Shown in pieces: positions 1 through 12,100 of a stretch of 64,000 nucleotides of DNA (position 1 is the stretch's first letter; every line of letters starts with the position of its first letter). The stretch lies in contig ADNK01001706.1 in the NCBI GenBank assembly GCA_000320545.1, positions 4,101 to 68,100 on the forward strand, written 5' to 3'. The notes under the pieces are model-generated. The model was not told the DNA's origin. It did no database searches and saw only the letters and a list, made by a program, of their open reading frames with translations. Source of the stretch: Bigelowiella natans CCMP2755 (taxonomy: Eukaryota > Protista > Cercozoa). A program made the position numbers and the translations under genes.

Positions 1-130
1 ACGTTGCTCGAGTCTTGTAACTTCCGCTGTATGTATAAAAATAGTCTTAGATAAGAATAATGCTTGGTGATGGCTGGCAAGGAGAGAGAGATTTCTTTTG
101 GGGGGGGAGGGAGAGTTATCTAATAAATTC

Positions 131-1111
131 TCAAGAATTACCAGCCTTTGCTTCGGCATTTTCTTTTGCCTTTTGAGCTGCTGCTCGCTGGAGATCAACA
201 GCAGATTGGGCATACTTTGTTGCTTTTTCGAATTTCTGCGCCTCCAAGTCAATTTCGTCTCCTTCAGAAGGGTGGTCAACCTCGATATTAAGAGGGGCAG
301 CATTCTCAATCTTTTCCGTTGGTTCGGAGTTAGGCACTATCTTTCCAATGAAATCAGAGGGATCTTGGAGTTTATTTTCCATCTGTTTCCTTGTGGTCTC
401 CAAAGAGTTATTATAAACTTCCTGGCGGTCTTTACGCCTGTTCAGCTTTTCATTGTATGCCTTGATTTTCTCGTAGCCCTTGTATTTAATGTAGAAAACT
501 GTAATCGCAAGGGCTTCATTCATGAGATTTGAGAGTTAAGACCTTTTTATGGTGATTTAATTGCTGCAGCAGTCGCGTGTTGTAGGCTCGCAACGGATCT
601 TCTCTTCGTACTCCTACAAATCCGACGATACCATTTGCTAATGGAACATCTTCGGATGCTGAAATGTTTTCTTTAGATACGCTGGCTTCTACTTTCTTTT
701 TCTCATTCTCAAAATTGAGCCGTTTCCCCATTAGAATATCCCTAATTAGAATCCAAGCATTAAACTTACTTTATCAACAAGATGATGGATGCCTAACCTG
801 AAAGATAATCCTTCTTGAACCCACATAGATCTATGAAGTCGCTTTACAGGAGTGTTGCTGCTTTGAGATGAAATAGATCCTCTTGGGGAATTCAAAGGTG
901 ACATCTGAGGGGTTCCTGGTGGCGAAAAGTGAAAGCGAGGGGTACCCGCTGTCGATGATGAGGGAGATGGGCATGGGGATGCCCCAAGATTTAATGAACC
1001 CCTGGGTACTCTGAGAGGTGGAAAGCTTCCATCAGTTGCTGATGATGCACTAGCTTCACGTGATTTGCTGTTCTTCATCCTTCGACGACGCCTAGATTTT
1101 CTTCGTGGCAT
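131..1111 (-). CDS. Hypothetical multi-exon protein (Ser/Pro-rich N-terminus, coiled-coil-like C-terminus)
   Basis: Three consecutive minus-strand ORFs (746-1111, 516-731, 131-523) with protein-like composition and a GTAAGT donor near 769; no recognisable domain; splice phases not resolved. Confidence 0.45.
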
Positions 1112-1374
1112 ACAAACGAAGAGGCTTTATTGTTAAAGTTAAGATGACTTCTGCCCAGCTCAACTACAAGTGGCTCTGGTATCGATCGTCTGTTTTGTGC
1201 GGTGTCCGCTGTCAGATTTCGAATTAAGATGGAACGAAGAGCAAGAAGCAATCATGTCCTTTGAAAACATAGTAAACTTCAAATTAGCGACAACTTCCAA
1301 GAAGCACTCTGTGGTGAAAACGCCACGTGATTACAAGCGTGAGTGCAAAGATACGCAGTTTTGCTGGACCATAA

Positions 1375-3150
1375 ATGCGAAGATTCGCAGCAGAAAAGAA
1401 GCACGTGTGCCAAAAACGAGGCCATCTTTGTCAAAATTGCACATTTTCACTCCACTTTGGGTGATGTTGGCCTTCTGGTGTCATTTTTTCTCACGTTGTG
1501 CAGCATGCACCTGGATCACCTTGAGGTTTCGAGAAAACCACTGTCCCGTCTCTGTTTTGGGAAACTTGTGCGCACGCCTGCAGACTTGAAACGTTCAGCT
1601 TCACCTTGACTTGCTTCGATCACTCATTCGTTCAATGCAGTCGCTCGTTCACTCTTGCACTCGTTCGATCAACCTGGTTGGAATCTTGATTTCCAGGGCT
1701 GCGTGGTCGTCTGTTGTGCTGGCGAGCGAAACTGGACCAACTCATCAACACACGAGGTGTTGGACTTGTTTGACTTGAGAGCATGCAAGGGCACCGTGCT
1801 GATCGAGAGCTGCAAACTCGGGGGACTCCCTGTGAGCACGAAAGTCACAAATGTCCTGAAAATTGTTTGCGTCTAGACGTCCACGATTTTCGCGACGATG
1901 CGCCAGTGCGTGCGAACTGACAAAGCTGGAAAGCCAGCGAAGGGTGAAACCACTTGGTGTGCAGCTGAGAGCAGTTTTGCACACACTCGAGACACAAAGG
2001 CGTTCAGCTGACTAGCTGAGGACGGTGCACACTGGCATGAGTCCACGTCTTTGTCGCTCCTTGGCACTTCTGGCTGGATCAGCTGGACTCCAGCACTGTC
2101 ATGCTGACTAGCTCTGGAGCTGACGCACATCATTGTTGAAATTTGGCAACGTCCAAATCTGGAAGTGTGCGCGATGCTGGCATGGCGGCATGTCTAGATG
2201 GCACACGCAGGCCTGGATCACGTGCACACTGGACCATCGTGCACTGCACAATCGATCAAACAATGCAGTCACGTTGGAAACAGCTAGACAGCTGACCACG
2301 CTAGCGCGCGCGCTCTTGCGCTGACAGCTAGACAGGACACAGCATAATCAGCGTGACAACGGGTTCACGTTTTCACGCGCAGACACTGGGACCGGTCGAT
2401 GCAGATGCAATGATCCACGAACATTTGTGCAAATGCCAGGTTAGTCACTGCTGGTGTGCATTGCGCTTGCACGTTGACTAGTTGAGTCAAGGTACACAAG
2501 CCTGACAGCCTGCTAGCCTGATGCGAGCGTGGTGGCTCGCACTGATGATGCATGCTAGCACGTTGCATCGCGCTGGTGCGTGGTGTCCACAACACAACTA
2601 GCTAGACGAATTGCGCGTGAGCATTCTGGGAGAGCAAAAAAACACAGAAAATTCTGATGATTCCGGTGAGATCTAGCTAGTGCGGCCAAGCATGACACGA
2701 TCAAAAAGTGGATTTGAGAACACCACGCTTGAGCACAGGATCACTCTGACAGACAGTCGAGCTAGCGGGAGCACAAGCTAGCAAGGCATGACAAAAATGA
2801 GAGGCGCTGCGAAAATTTGAGTTTGGTGTGACAATTCGAAATTTCGTGCTTTTTTTTCAGGCCTCAGAATTTGTCACACATTGACCTCCAGCCTAGCAGC
2901 CTCCAGCACATTTGAAAATTGAATTTTTCCTCGAACTAAGCCAAAACGTGCATTTTTTGCACATAAATCATCCAGTGCCGCTGCATTGCTTTGGTTTTTG
3001 CAGGAAACATGCGAAACTGTGAAATAACCGGGTTTCGCCAAGTTGTGAATGCAGCAATCATCAATTGACAGCGCCCTCCATTGAGCAACAACAGCTGCAG
3101 CCCACTGCACGTGTGCGTGCAGCAATGGTCGGCACAACAAATGCAATGCA
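1375..3150. other. TpA-depleted (CTAG-sparing) intergenic block
   Basis: From about 1375 to 2340 TA occurs only in CTAG (e.g. 1873, 2012, 2193); only a few non-CTAG TAs further right; rich in CA/TG, CATG and TGCA. Confidence 0.85.
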
Positions 3151-3624
3151 ATGGACAAATAATATGTTCGATCTAGAATCGAAATTGAAAATTGCGCAAG
3201 CGAATCAATCCATCGTCGTGCACGTACATTCATCTCTAGATCTTGTCATGCGCACAGCGCCATGCAGATTTTCAGTTGCACACCTCTGCGTAGTCGACTT
3301 CACACATCACAACTGTGAACTCTCGCTGACTAGACGAAGCACATGCCATGTACGTACGTGTGTGTACATAATGTCTAGATGTGTCCAGGTGTGTGCGGCA
3401 TAGAACACATAATGCATGCAATATTTCTCAGACTAATTGTACTAAATACATGCACACGTATTGCAGTGTACATCAAGACATCTAGCCTTATGAATTTTTA
3501 CGTCCACAGAAATAGTAGATGAAAATGAATGTCTGATGATGGGCCCATTTTCCTTGAACAAACGCCTAGCCTTCAACCGTACGTAGTGATGCCTAGCTTC
3601 TTAATTCATCCTCCTACTTCAGCA

Positions 3625-4141
3625 CTAGTAATTTTCGTCCTGATTTTCATATTGATTATCTTCTAAAGCCTTATCCCCTTGATCCTGGTCATTTCCCAGA
3701 GCCTTATCCATGCTTTCACCGACCTCCCTTTCATACTCCTCATCATCTTTGTTGACTCTTTCAGTCTCGTCAATCCATTCCGAATAAACATCTATGGGCT
3801 CCGTAAGATCTAAAGGATTCACACAGGGCACCATGAATGCGAGGTTGACGATATGCTCGTATGTAAAAGGAAAGGAACGTGGGAGAAAAGAATTCTTACT
3901 ATTTGTCTTCATCTGGAATCGCTCAGTGCAGATTCGACAACGAATAAGCGCTGTCTGTGCCTTATGATCACTAAAAAGGAATCAGACACTCAACCACCAC
4001 ATTGCTTACTGGAGTTCACCATTATACTTACAATTTGACTTCGCAGCTCTGTCTGTGGTTGCAGAAGGGACAATCAAAGACTGTTGCTGTCTTCCTTCGA
4101 ATTTTCTTCACTACTTTGGCCTTAGATTTTCGTCTCCCCAT
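3625..4141 (-). CDS. ELF1: Transcription elongation factor Elf1 (3 exons)
   Basis: Spliced translation MGRRKSKAKVVKKIRRKTATVFDCPFCNHRQSCEVK / DHKAQTALIRCRICTERFQMKTN / LTEPIDVYSEWID plus an acidic tail: the Elf1 zinc ribbon and PIDVYSEWID motif; GTAAG donors. Confidence 0.93.
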
Positions 4142-4584
4142 TTTCTACCTACTTTAAGTAGAGCAATGAGTTTCTTCCAAAGCAGGGGGAGATGAGCACT
4201 ACTTTTTAAAAGGCCGGCTCAGGGGAAGGATGTCGATAGCTCGAATAATCATGACCTTGTGAGGCTGTTGTCGCAGAGATAAAATGGGATCTATTCTTTG
4301 CTTATGATGTCTCACCCGCAATTTATCGGGTTCTATCTTCCACTCCCTTTAGCCGCACTGAATTTGAGGTCGATTTCCTGATTTCTATGGATTTCAATTC
4401 TTCATTATTGTCTCCCGAAGATTAAGACGTAACATCACACCCAAACACTTCCTGCTCGACTTGTTCCAATGATTTTCTCGAATTTCGACATTATATTTCC
4501 CAAGCTCGATGTCGCACATGGAAAACCACTGGAATGGACAGTCGAGATTTCGGAAGGTCTTCCCGCGAAGGCAAATCGTGAATT

Positions 4585-6446
4585 ATGCCCTCCTGGTACG
4601 CCTCTTTGTTCTCCAACCCGAGCCCACAATGTACAAGACCTAACGCTCATAGAAACGACCACCTCTTTCAAGGAAGATCATGTGAGGAAATGAAGGGGAA
4701 TAGTCTTGCACAAATTCGTAAAAAAGAAATCCCGATGGCTAAACACCCTGCGAGTAGACAACGAAACATAGAATCTGATATGCGCTACACGCTAAGCCGG
4801 AGTACTATGAAAGGAGGCGATGTAATCGTCGAGAACAAAGTAGAACATGAGAATGGTACGAAGTGTAACTCCAATGAGCTGGAGGAAACGAACGACAATC
4901 CCGCTTTGAAGGAAAGAACGAAGGACGTGACTTTCGTATCCGAAGAAAAGAGTGTGGCAATGAAACGTAAATTCAAAGAAAACATTCAAGATAAAAGTGT
5001 AAGTAGCGATCATAATCACTCACGCAAGAGATTCTGCAAAAGTGGGAAGGAAAAATCGACCGAGCTGTCCTTGAAGGATGCAGCGGACAAATCCCAACTC
5101 GTCGTTGCGAATGGAAACGGAATAAAAGGTGCATTGTCTCAAAATGTTTCAGGAAAAAGTTCCGATATAAACTCGAATAAAAAATCAATCGAATTGGTTT
5201 TAAAGAAAAAGGTGAATAATCATAATAGAACCCTGTTCTCGCGTACGCAAAAAATAATTTTAAAACTATCCATGTTCGCACAAATATCAACGCAGGAAAA
5301 TGATGGAAGGTTGCAAGGATTTCCGGAGAAAGAAATTATTGAGGAATATAAGCACCAAACGAAACAGCTTTTGCAGATGGTTTTCATTTTTTTTTATAGA
5401 TTGCGAAAAACTGAATTGAGCTTCCTTCAGGCTAAAAATGGCTGCTGCGCAAAGAGTCAACTTGGTCTAAAAAAAGGATATTTCTGCAAATATCTTCTTG
5501 GGCTTTTCAAAGTCATTGATGTATTCTTAAATGAAAGATTAACATTGATATCTAAGGCTATGGAGGGAATAACCGAAAGCAACAAGATAACTCTGACAGA
5601 GAACTTCAAAGCAATACTTCAAAATGAATGGAAGATAGGGTCAAACCAGCTCGAAACTAATTCAATGATGTTCATGGCATGGCATAAGGAGGCATTGAAA
5701 CATTCTCCAACTTTTATTGATGAAGCGAAGTTACATATATCTGAGAGAAATAAGCTTCTTGAGAATCTTAAAAAGGTTATTCCATTTATAAAAAAGCTGT
5801 TGAATGCTCAGTCGAAATATTAATGCAGATCGCTGGCACATTCTCGGCATCGATTCTTCTTGAAAATAAGACCTCTTTACTGGAAATCGGACAAGGAGAA
5901 CTCTGCAACCCTGCATATGTTGAGAATGCAAGAGAGGGGAATCGCTGTAGCCAATGTTTTATTCCAGCCCTTCTGGTTAAAGGCAAGGTGGAGGTAAAAG
6001 CAATTGTAGGATTTATTAATAACAACAAGAAACTTTCATGGACCCAGGAGGAAGAGGACGCTCTTATCAGGGGTGTCAAAAAATTTGGTGAAGGAAACTG
6101 GATCATTATTCTATCGAGTTACAAAGCAATTTTCCAGTAACTCCTCATTGTTAGCTACTGCATTCCAACATTATGCACGTTCAACGTTCAACTGTCTTAC
6201 CCTCGCAACATACGATGTCTTTCTTTGTTTGTTTGTCATAGTCCATTTCGAACAAGTACCCATTTAGAGGACAAGTGGCGGAACCTAAAAAATAAGGGAT
6301 TGGTCTCGACAATTCGGAAGGAATCTTGGAGTCGTTTTGATTGTAGACGTAATGGTGAGTCAGAGTCCTTTCAAAGGCTAATACAGCGCAATACAAAAGG
6401 TTCAAAATTAGATCATGGATGTTTGACAAGGAAGAAAAGACCTTGA
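4585..6446 (+). CDS. Myb/SANT-domain protein, telobox (TRF-like) type, multi-exon
   Basis: WTQEEEDALIRGVKKFGEGNW (about 6040-6105) and, after an intron, RTSTHLEDKWRNL (about 6245-6290), matching the LKDKWRNL telobox; long upstream ORF 4585-5823. True start is probably further upstream. Confidence 0.7.
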
Positions 6447-7204
6447 TTCTCTTGACAAAACTAGAAAAGGAGGTGATTCTCTTGCATGCAGCAGACACGT
6501 GTCTTGATGTGCAAGATGGTCCAAAACCATTTCAATGTCTCAAATAACAACAAATTTGTTCTTTGAATTGGAGTGGCTACGCGGCGTGAGCAAAACTCAT
6601 GATTGGACGTCTGCCTTTGAACTAATTTGATGATGAGGCGTGCTAGCGTGATCAGTAGACGTTCACAGTGCATTCAGAACATGAGCACAGAAAAACACTC
6701 AGACTCTTCAACAGCCTTAACAAGTGAAACTGACACTGAACACACAGCGATGAGCACTTCAAGCAAATCAGAGACGGTGAAATTTGTGACACATGAATCC
6801 AAATCATCTCTCTGACTTCGCTAAACCAGCAAAATTTGATGCTGATCTGGAGGTGTTCGTTCCACGTCTAGACGTGCACCTGGCTAGCTAGTTGGATCCA
6901 GGCAAATTGAATTTGAAAACAAACAGCGCAAAGGAATCTGCATCGCAAGCCATGCTGGCATGCTTCTTCGCATGCGCACAGCAGGTGCATGTGTGCATGC
7001 AGCTTTGTTCATTTGTGCTTGGCAATGCCAGAATGGCTGGCTGGATTTCTGGACTTCAAACAGGCACACGGTGAAATTGTGAGGGATCAATTTGCACTGT
7101 TCTGGCATTGACACTGAGAAACGCCAAATTAAACGTGCATTGAGCTGCTGAACTGCTGACGAATGGTTGAAACACGTTTGCAAACTTCCAGGTTCTCCAT
7201 GCCC

Positions 7205-7530
7205 TGTAGCGCGTACCACTACGCGGGCACAAGTCACGTGCGACAACAAAGGGGTTGTCGCGGATATAGAATATAGATAACGTAGATATTAATACAGCAT
7301 AGGCACGTGGGTTCCGGCGGGACTCATGGCAGCACACCGGAAGTGTGCTGCCCCACGTGCGGCGGCATTCGCGAAAGCTTCGCGAATGATTACGCAGTGC
7401 ACGATTTAATAAAAATATAATCTTTAATAAAAATAAACACAACTCTTCAAAAGGAAGCAAACGTGCCTTTCCCCCCCCCTGCCTACTTGTGCACGTAGCG
7501 CCTCGGCCTGTGAACACCTTACGCGCAACA
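7205..7530 (+). repeat. 5' LTR (326 bp)
   Basis: TGTAGCGCGTA...TACGCGCAACA (10/11 terminal inverted repeat); reads identical to 12588-12913; two AATAAA motifs. Confidence 0.97.
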
Positions 7531-7535
7531 ACCTT

Positions 7536-7557
7536 TGGCTTCCACACACGGGAAACG
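7536..7557 (+). promoter_or_regulatory. Putative primer-binding site
   Basis: TGGCTTCCACACACGGGAAACG begins 5 nt after the LTR; starts with TGG (complement of tRNA CCA) and loosely resembles a Glu/Asp-type tRNA 3' end. Cognate tRNA not identified. Confidence 0.55.
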
Positions 7558-7569
7558 ATTTGACTAACA

Positions 7570-9147
7570 ATGTCACAGCAGCTAGAAGAACAGCAGGACT
7601 TTGGCTCGCAGGCCGTGCAAGGGCACGAGCAGAAACAGGAAAGGAAGGGCGATACGGACGCTAAGGAAGGAGGAGGAACACCTCCACAGGCACCGCCGGG
7701 ACCAGCACCCGGGATTAAGAAAGCAGATGCAGCAGCAGAGGCACTGGAGAACTTCTACGAGGCGGACGACGAGGACGTGGCCGCCGAAAGCAAGAAGGTC
7801 GTAATGGCATTACGAGCCTTGCGACCCAGGGCGAGCAACTACGCCAAACTGAAAGTATCGATAGAATACAAGTATCAGACACATGATGTTTGGGCAGCTA
7901 TCATGCAGACATCATGGATTACGAAGCAGACTTACCTCCAGAGTGGGCAGCTTTGTTTAGGAACGACGGGGTCTGGGCGCCTCGCGGGGGACGACCCAGA
8001 GCACCGTCAAGCAGCAGCAGCCGGTACAGCGGAACACCCAGTTCATGTCTGTTAAAACAGCACCGGTTATGATAACGAAATACAACGGGAAAAGAGGTGA
8101 GGCAAGGAGGTGGTGGAAGAACGCTAGGAAAGATAAAGGAATCCACTTACGTTACGGAGAAAGGCTACACCACGATGGAGGCAGCAGTGCAGGCTATCCA
8201 TGGACCTTTACGAGACAGGCAGGACCCGGATCAGGCAGCTAGAGAAAATACACACTACAGTTAGTGGGCTACGAGACGTTGAGGCGATAATGAAGGCTTT
8301 TGTAAATGAACAGGATGCTAACTCCCTACCCCAGGCTATTAGAAAATACAGAGCAATGATGCAGCATGAGAGAGAACCTGTTAGAGACTTTGCCACGCGC
8401 TTCCAGGATATGATCGACGAACTACATGATTTTAATTACAACACAGGTGATGATCAGGCAAGGTTTGAAGAGTTCAAGTTAAAGATAAAGGAATCCACTT
8501 ACGTTACGGAGAAAGGCTACACCACGATGGAGGCAGCAGTGCAGGCTATATCCCTACGCGAGCAGGAGCAGGACCGCAAGTTTACCAGCCCTAAGGTACC
8601 TGGCATAGGAAACATTAACGCTATTAAGCCGCAGCGAGACTGGTACAAGGACAGGGAAGGTAACCGACGTTGCGGATACTGCTCACGTAAAGGGAAACAC
8701 ACCGCTAAAGACTGCAGAGACAGGAAAGAAGGACGACCCAGGATGACGATCAGGCAGCTCAACGAACACTACGAGAAGTTAAAGAGAAAGAAAGGCAGAG
8801 GACAAGGATATAACAACAGCAAATGGCAAGGCAGCAACAACGGGAAGAACAATAAATATAAGAACAAAAAGCAGAACAGTATCAATGCTATACAGCAGCA
8901 GATAAACGGAATATTAGATCACCTTAAGCAGGCGCCGACGAAGACAGCAGTACCAGCAACGCAGGACCAAGACAAGCCCATGACCCTAGACGACATAAAG
9001 AACTTAGGAGTATGCAACATTAATGACGAAGACGCTAACAGGACTATCAAAGTTGCTATGACCAAGGTTAAAGTTAAAGACAGCTACGGAGACTACAAGA
9101 AACTACTGCCCTTTGGGATAGTGGCAGCATGCCGAAGTCCTTCATAA
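7570..9147 (+). pseudogene. gag: gag, frameshifted
   Basis: Protein-like segments in successive frames (7570-, 7890-, 8045-, 8200-9147), including KYNGKRGEARRWW, MQHEREPVRDFATRF and CGYCSRKGKHTAKDC (CX2CX5HX4C knuckle). Confidence 0.8.
8129..8549 (+). repeat. Exact 69-bp direct repeat within gag (8129-8197 = 8481-8549)
   Basis: AAAGATAAAGGAATCCACTTACG...GCAGTGCAGGCTAT occurs twice. Confidence 0.95.
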
Positions 9148-12100
9148 GCCTAAGCACAGTAAGAAGGTTAGGACTATTGGATCAAGTGACTAAGAAAGAA
9201 CGTAAATATGCTCAAGCAGACGGAAGCTCTTCCATGAAGACCGTCGGTGAGCTAATGCTAAAGCTACAGATACCTGGCAGCGACGCGGAGACCCAAATCA
9301 AGACCCGAGTAGCCATGACTTTATCCATGGAACTACTCCTCGGACAGGATGCCCTAGAAAAATTAGGGGGGATCATATCATTCTACAATCACAAGATATA
9401 CTTTGCTAAGTTGCCAAAGAAGTCAGGCAGGACCATCAGCCAGAACATGATACGGCTTGACGAGTGGACCTCTGAGTCAAGCGTTAATGCGTTAGAGTTT
9501 ATGGACCTAGCGGACAACAAGCTACCTACACCTACCGAGCTACGGAAGAAGAACCCCGGCAAGACCATCCGACAGATAACGGAGCTACTGGACAAGACCC
9601 CCCCAGCTGATGATTGGGATATCGACAAAGGCAAAAAGTACATTAATAAAATATTAAACGAGAAGTACTCTGACATCACCAAGCCGACGACGAAGCCCTC
9701 CAGCAAGCTTACCCCAGTAAAGATCGAGCTAAAGAAGGGATACGAAGAGTGCATCATCAATGACCCAGAACATAGGCGACCGGAAGCGGACTGGGAAAAG
9801 ATAGAGTGGCAGATCAATGAATGGGCAAAGGAAGGGAAGATAGAGCCAAGCAACTCACCATGGAACGTGAGACATGTGCTAGCTAAGAAACCTACTTACC
9901 CTTTCTTCCGCCTGGCGCACAACTTCATCCGCCACAACCGAGTAATAAAGAGGATCCAGACACCTACACCAAGGATAGATGACGTTATTGAACACGTCAT
10001 AGGATACAAATACTACTCTTCCCTAGATAAAAATGAATCATACATGCAGACACCCATCCACAAAACCTCCCGCCCCATTACCGCGTTCTCCAGCAGGCAC
10101 AGGAAGTGGCACTTCGTCGTATTCCCTTACGGCCTAAGCATATCAGGGGATGCGTTCAGTAGTCAGAACTACAGGGCATACACACATGATGGGATGGCGT
10201 CTGTGTTGTGGGTGTTTGTGTTTGTGTATGTGGATGATGACATAATATGTACCAACACAGTCGTCGCTCAGATCTTCCTCCTGGAAAATATATTTATTAG
10301 GTTTGCACACTTCGGTTTTACTATTAGACTGCAGAAGTGTACATTCCTAGCTACAAGAATCAAGTGGTGTGGATATTACCTGGAGCAAGGCCGCATCACC
10401 CCAAACCCCGAGAAAGTAGCAGCACTACAGCAAGCCCCTAAACCTAAGAATGCAAAGGAGTTAAAGTCATTCTTGCAGACTGCAGCTTGGATACTACGTA
10501 GGTTCTCCCCTACCTACGCTAGGACTGCAGCTGCTTTTACTACTGCTTACCGGAAGGAGAACTCTGTAGGCCTCAGCTTCGCTAAGGTGTGGGCCAAGGC
10601 TGGCCTTGATGCCCACTTCGATAACCTAATAAAGTTATGCAGCAACACCCTATTGAATGCTAAGCTAGACACTACTAGACCAGCTACCCTATGGACAGAC
10701 TGGTCTAAGCTAGGTATGGCTGCTGTACTTACCCAAGACCAGCAGATCATACGGGTGTGGGGCAGGGCCTGCACAGCAGCTGAGGCCAAGTACAGCCCTA
10801 CAAAAGGAGAGTATAAAGCCATGACTGAGGCGCAGAGGAAACTAAGATACTACCTGCTGTCGGTGCCCAGCTTCACCTTAATGACTGACCACAAGCCCCT
10901 CCTAGGCATCGACCGCAAGCTCGAAGCGCCTAACGATGAGTATGCAGCTATGAGGGCGGACACGGAAGAGTTTAGGGACAAGAGGACAGTGGTCTACGCA
11001 CCAGGAGACAAGCAGCTTGCTGACTATTTCAGCAGGCTGTTCGAAAAGAAAGTCCCTACCCAGGTCACCCCTATGGTTAACGCGATTACCTTCGAGGACG
11101 GCGACTTCCTGCCTGAGCCAGAGGAGCTCCAGCACCTTCAAGAACACCTGGATAAATACAAACACAAGCATGAGGTACTTAGTGATAGGATATATGTATA
11201 CACTAATAATGTTAGGCGTACCTACGTGCCACGGCGGACCAGGGGAGCCCTTCTCTTTACCGCCCATGGACCTGCACACGTAGGAGAAAACCATATCACT
11301 GCTCTACTCTACCATTACTACTGGCCCTACAAGCTAAAAGAGATAAGGACATACCTGCGTGGCTGCAGGTGCTCCAGCTTGAAGGCGGCAGGCGTCGCCA
11401 CCAAGGAGTCCAGCAAGAGCCGTGCATCTAAGAAAATCAAAGCAAGGAACTTCTTAGATATCGTGCAAATTGATGTTTATAAGTACGATGGCTATCACTA
11501 CCTTACCTTCGTTGATGTGGCCACTGGAAAGTGCTGGGTTAAAAAGATTATCAAGGTCAACGTTGCTAAGAAGAACAAAGGCTTATATAAGCAGAGGCTT
11601 ACTAACTGCTACCGTACCTGGGAGTCTGAGCTCCAGGCTATCCCTGATGAAGTTAGCATAAACAAGATACCAAAGAAGTTACATGTGGATAATGAGACCT
11701 CTCTTCTACAGCTACCACACCCTAATATTGATGCCTCACCTGTATACTATGCCCAGTCCAACTCCAAGGTAGAGCGACTCCACCGCACCTTGGCCAACCT
11801 AAGCAGGATAAATAGCACCACACCAGACAAGATACAAGGGTTAGTAAACGACACCTTCACGTCTGGGGGAGGTATCAAGGATAAGGAGAGGGAAGAAGGC
11901 GACGACAACGACGACGATACCGAGAGCGAAGACGAGAAGGTCCCGTACGATGGCCGAGTTCTAAAGGAAGGACAGTATGTTAGGGCCAAGGTAAATCTGA
12001 GATCGAGAAATAAACAAGACCCCTTCTGGGGTGGCGTTGCAAAGGTTACCGAGAGGAAGGGGAGGAAGCAGTACTACATCTATGATGGGAACAGGGTCAC

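Noticed and set aside
1343-3403. Numerous overlapping 60-130 aa ORFs in depleted blocks (also 16400-17800, 22100-23000, 59700-61600)
   Set aside because: Loss of TA removes TAA and most TAG stops and inflates ORF length in all six frames; the His/Cys/Met-rich composition is the mutational by-product.
7303-7360. Hammerhead ribozyme in the LTR three-way junction
   Set aside because: The minus strand has CTGCCATGAG...GGAAC, but neither strand has the CUGANGA plus GAAA core.
9078-9125. Programmed -1 gag-pol frameshift
   Set aside because: No in-frame X XXY YYZ heptamer, and the shift appears to fall within the protease domain; a 1-bp deletion or sequencing error is simpler.
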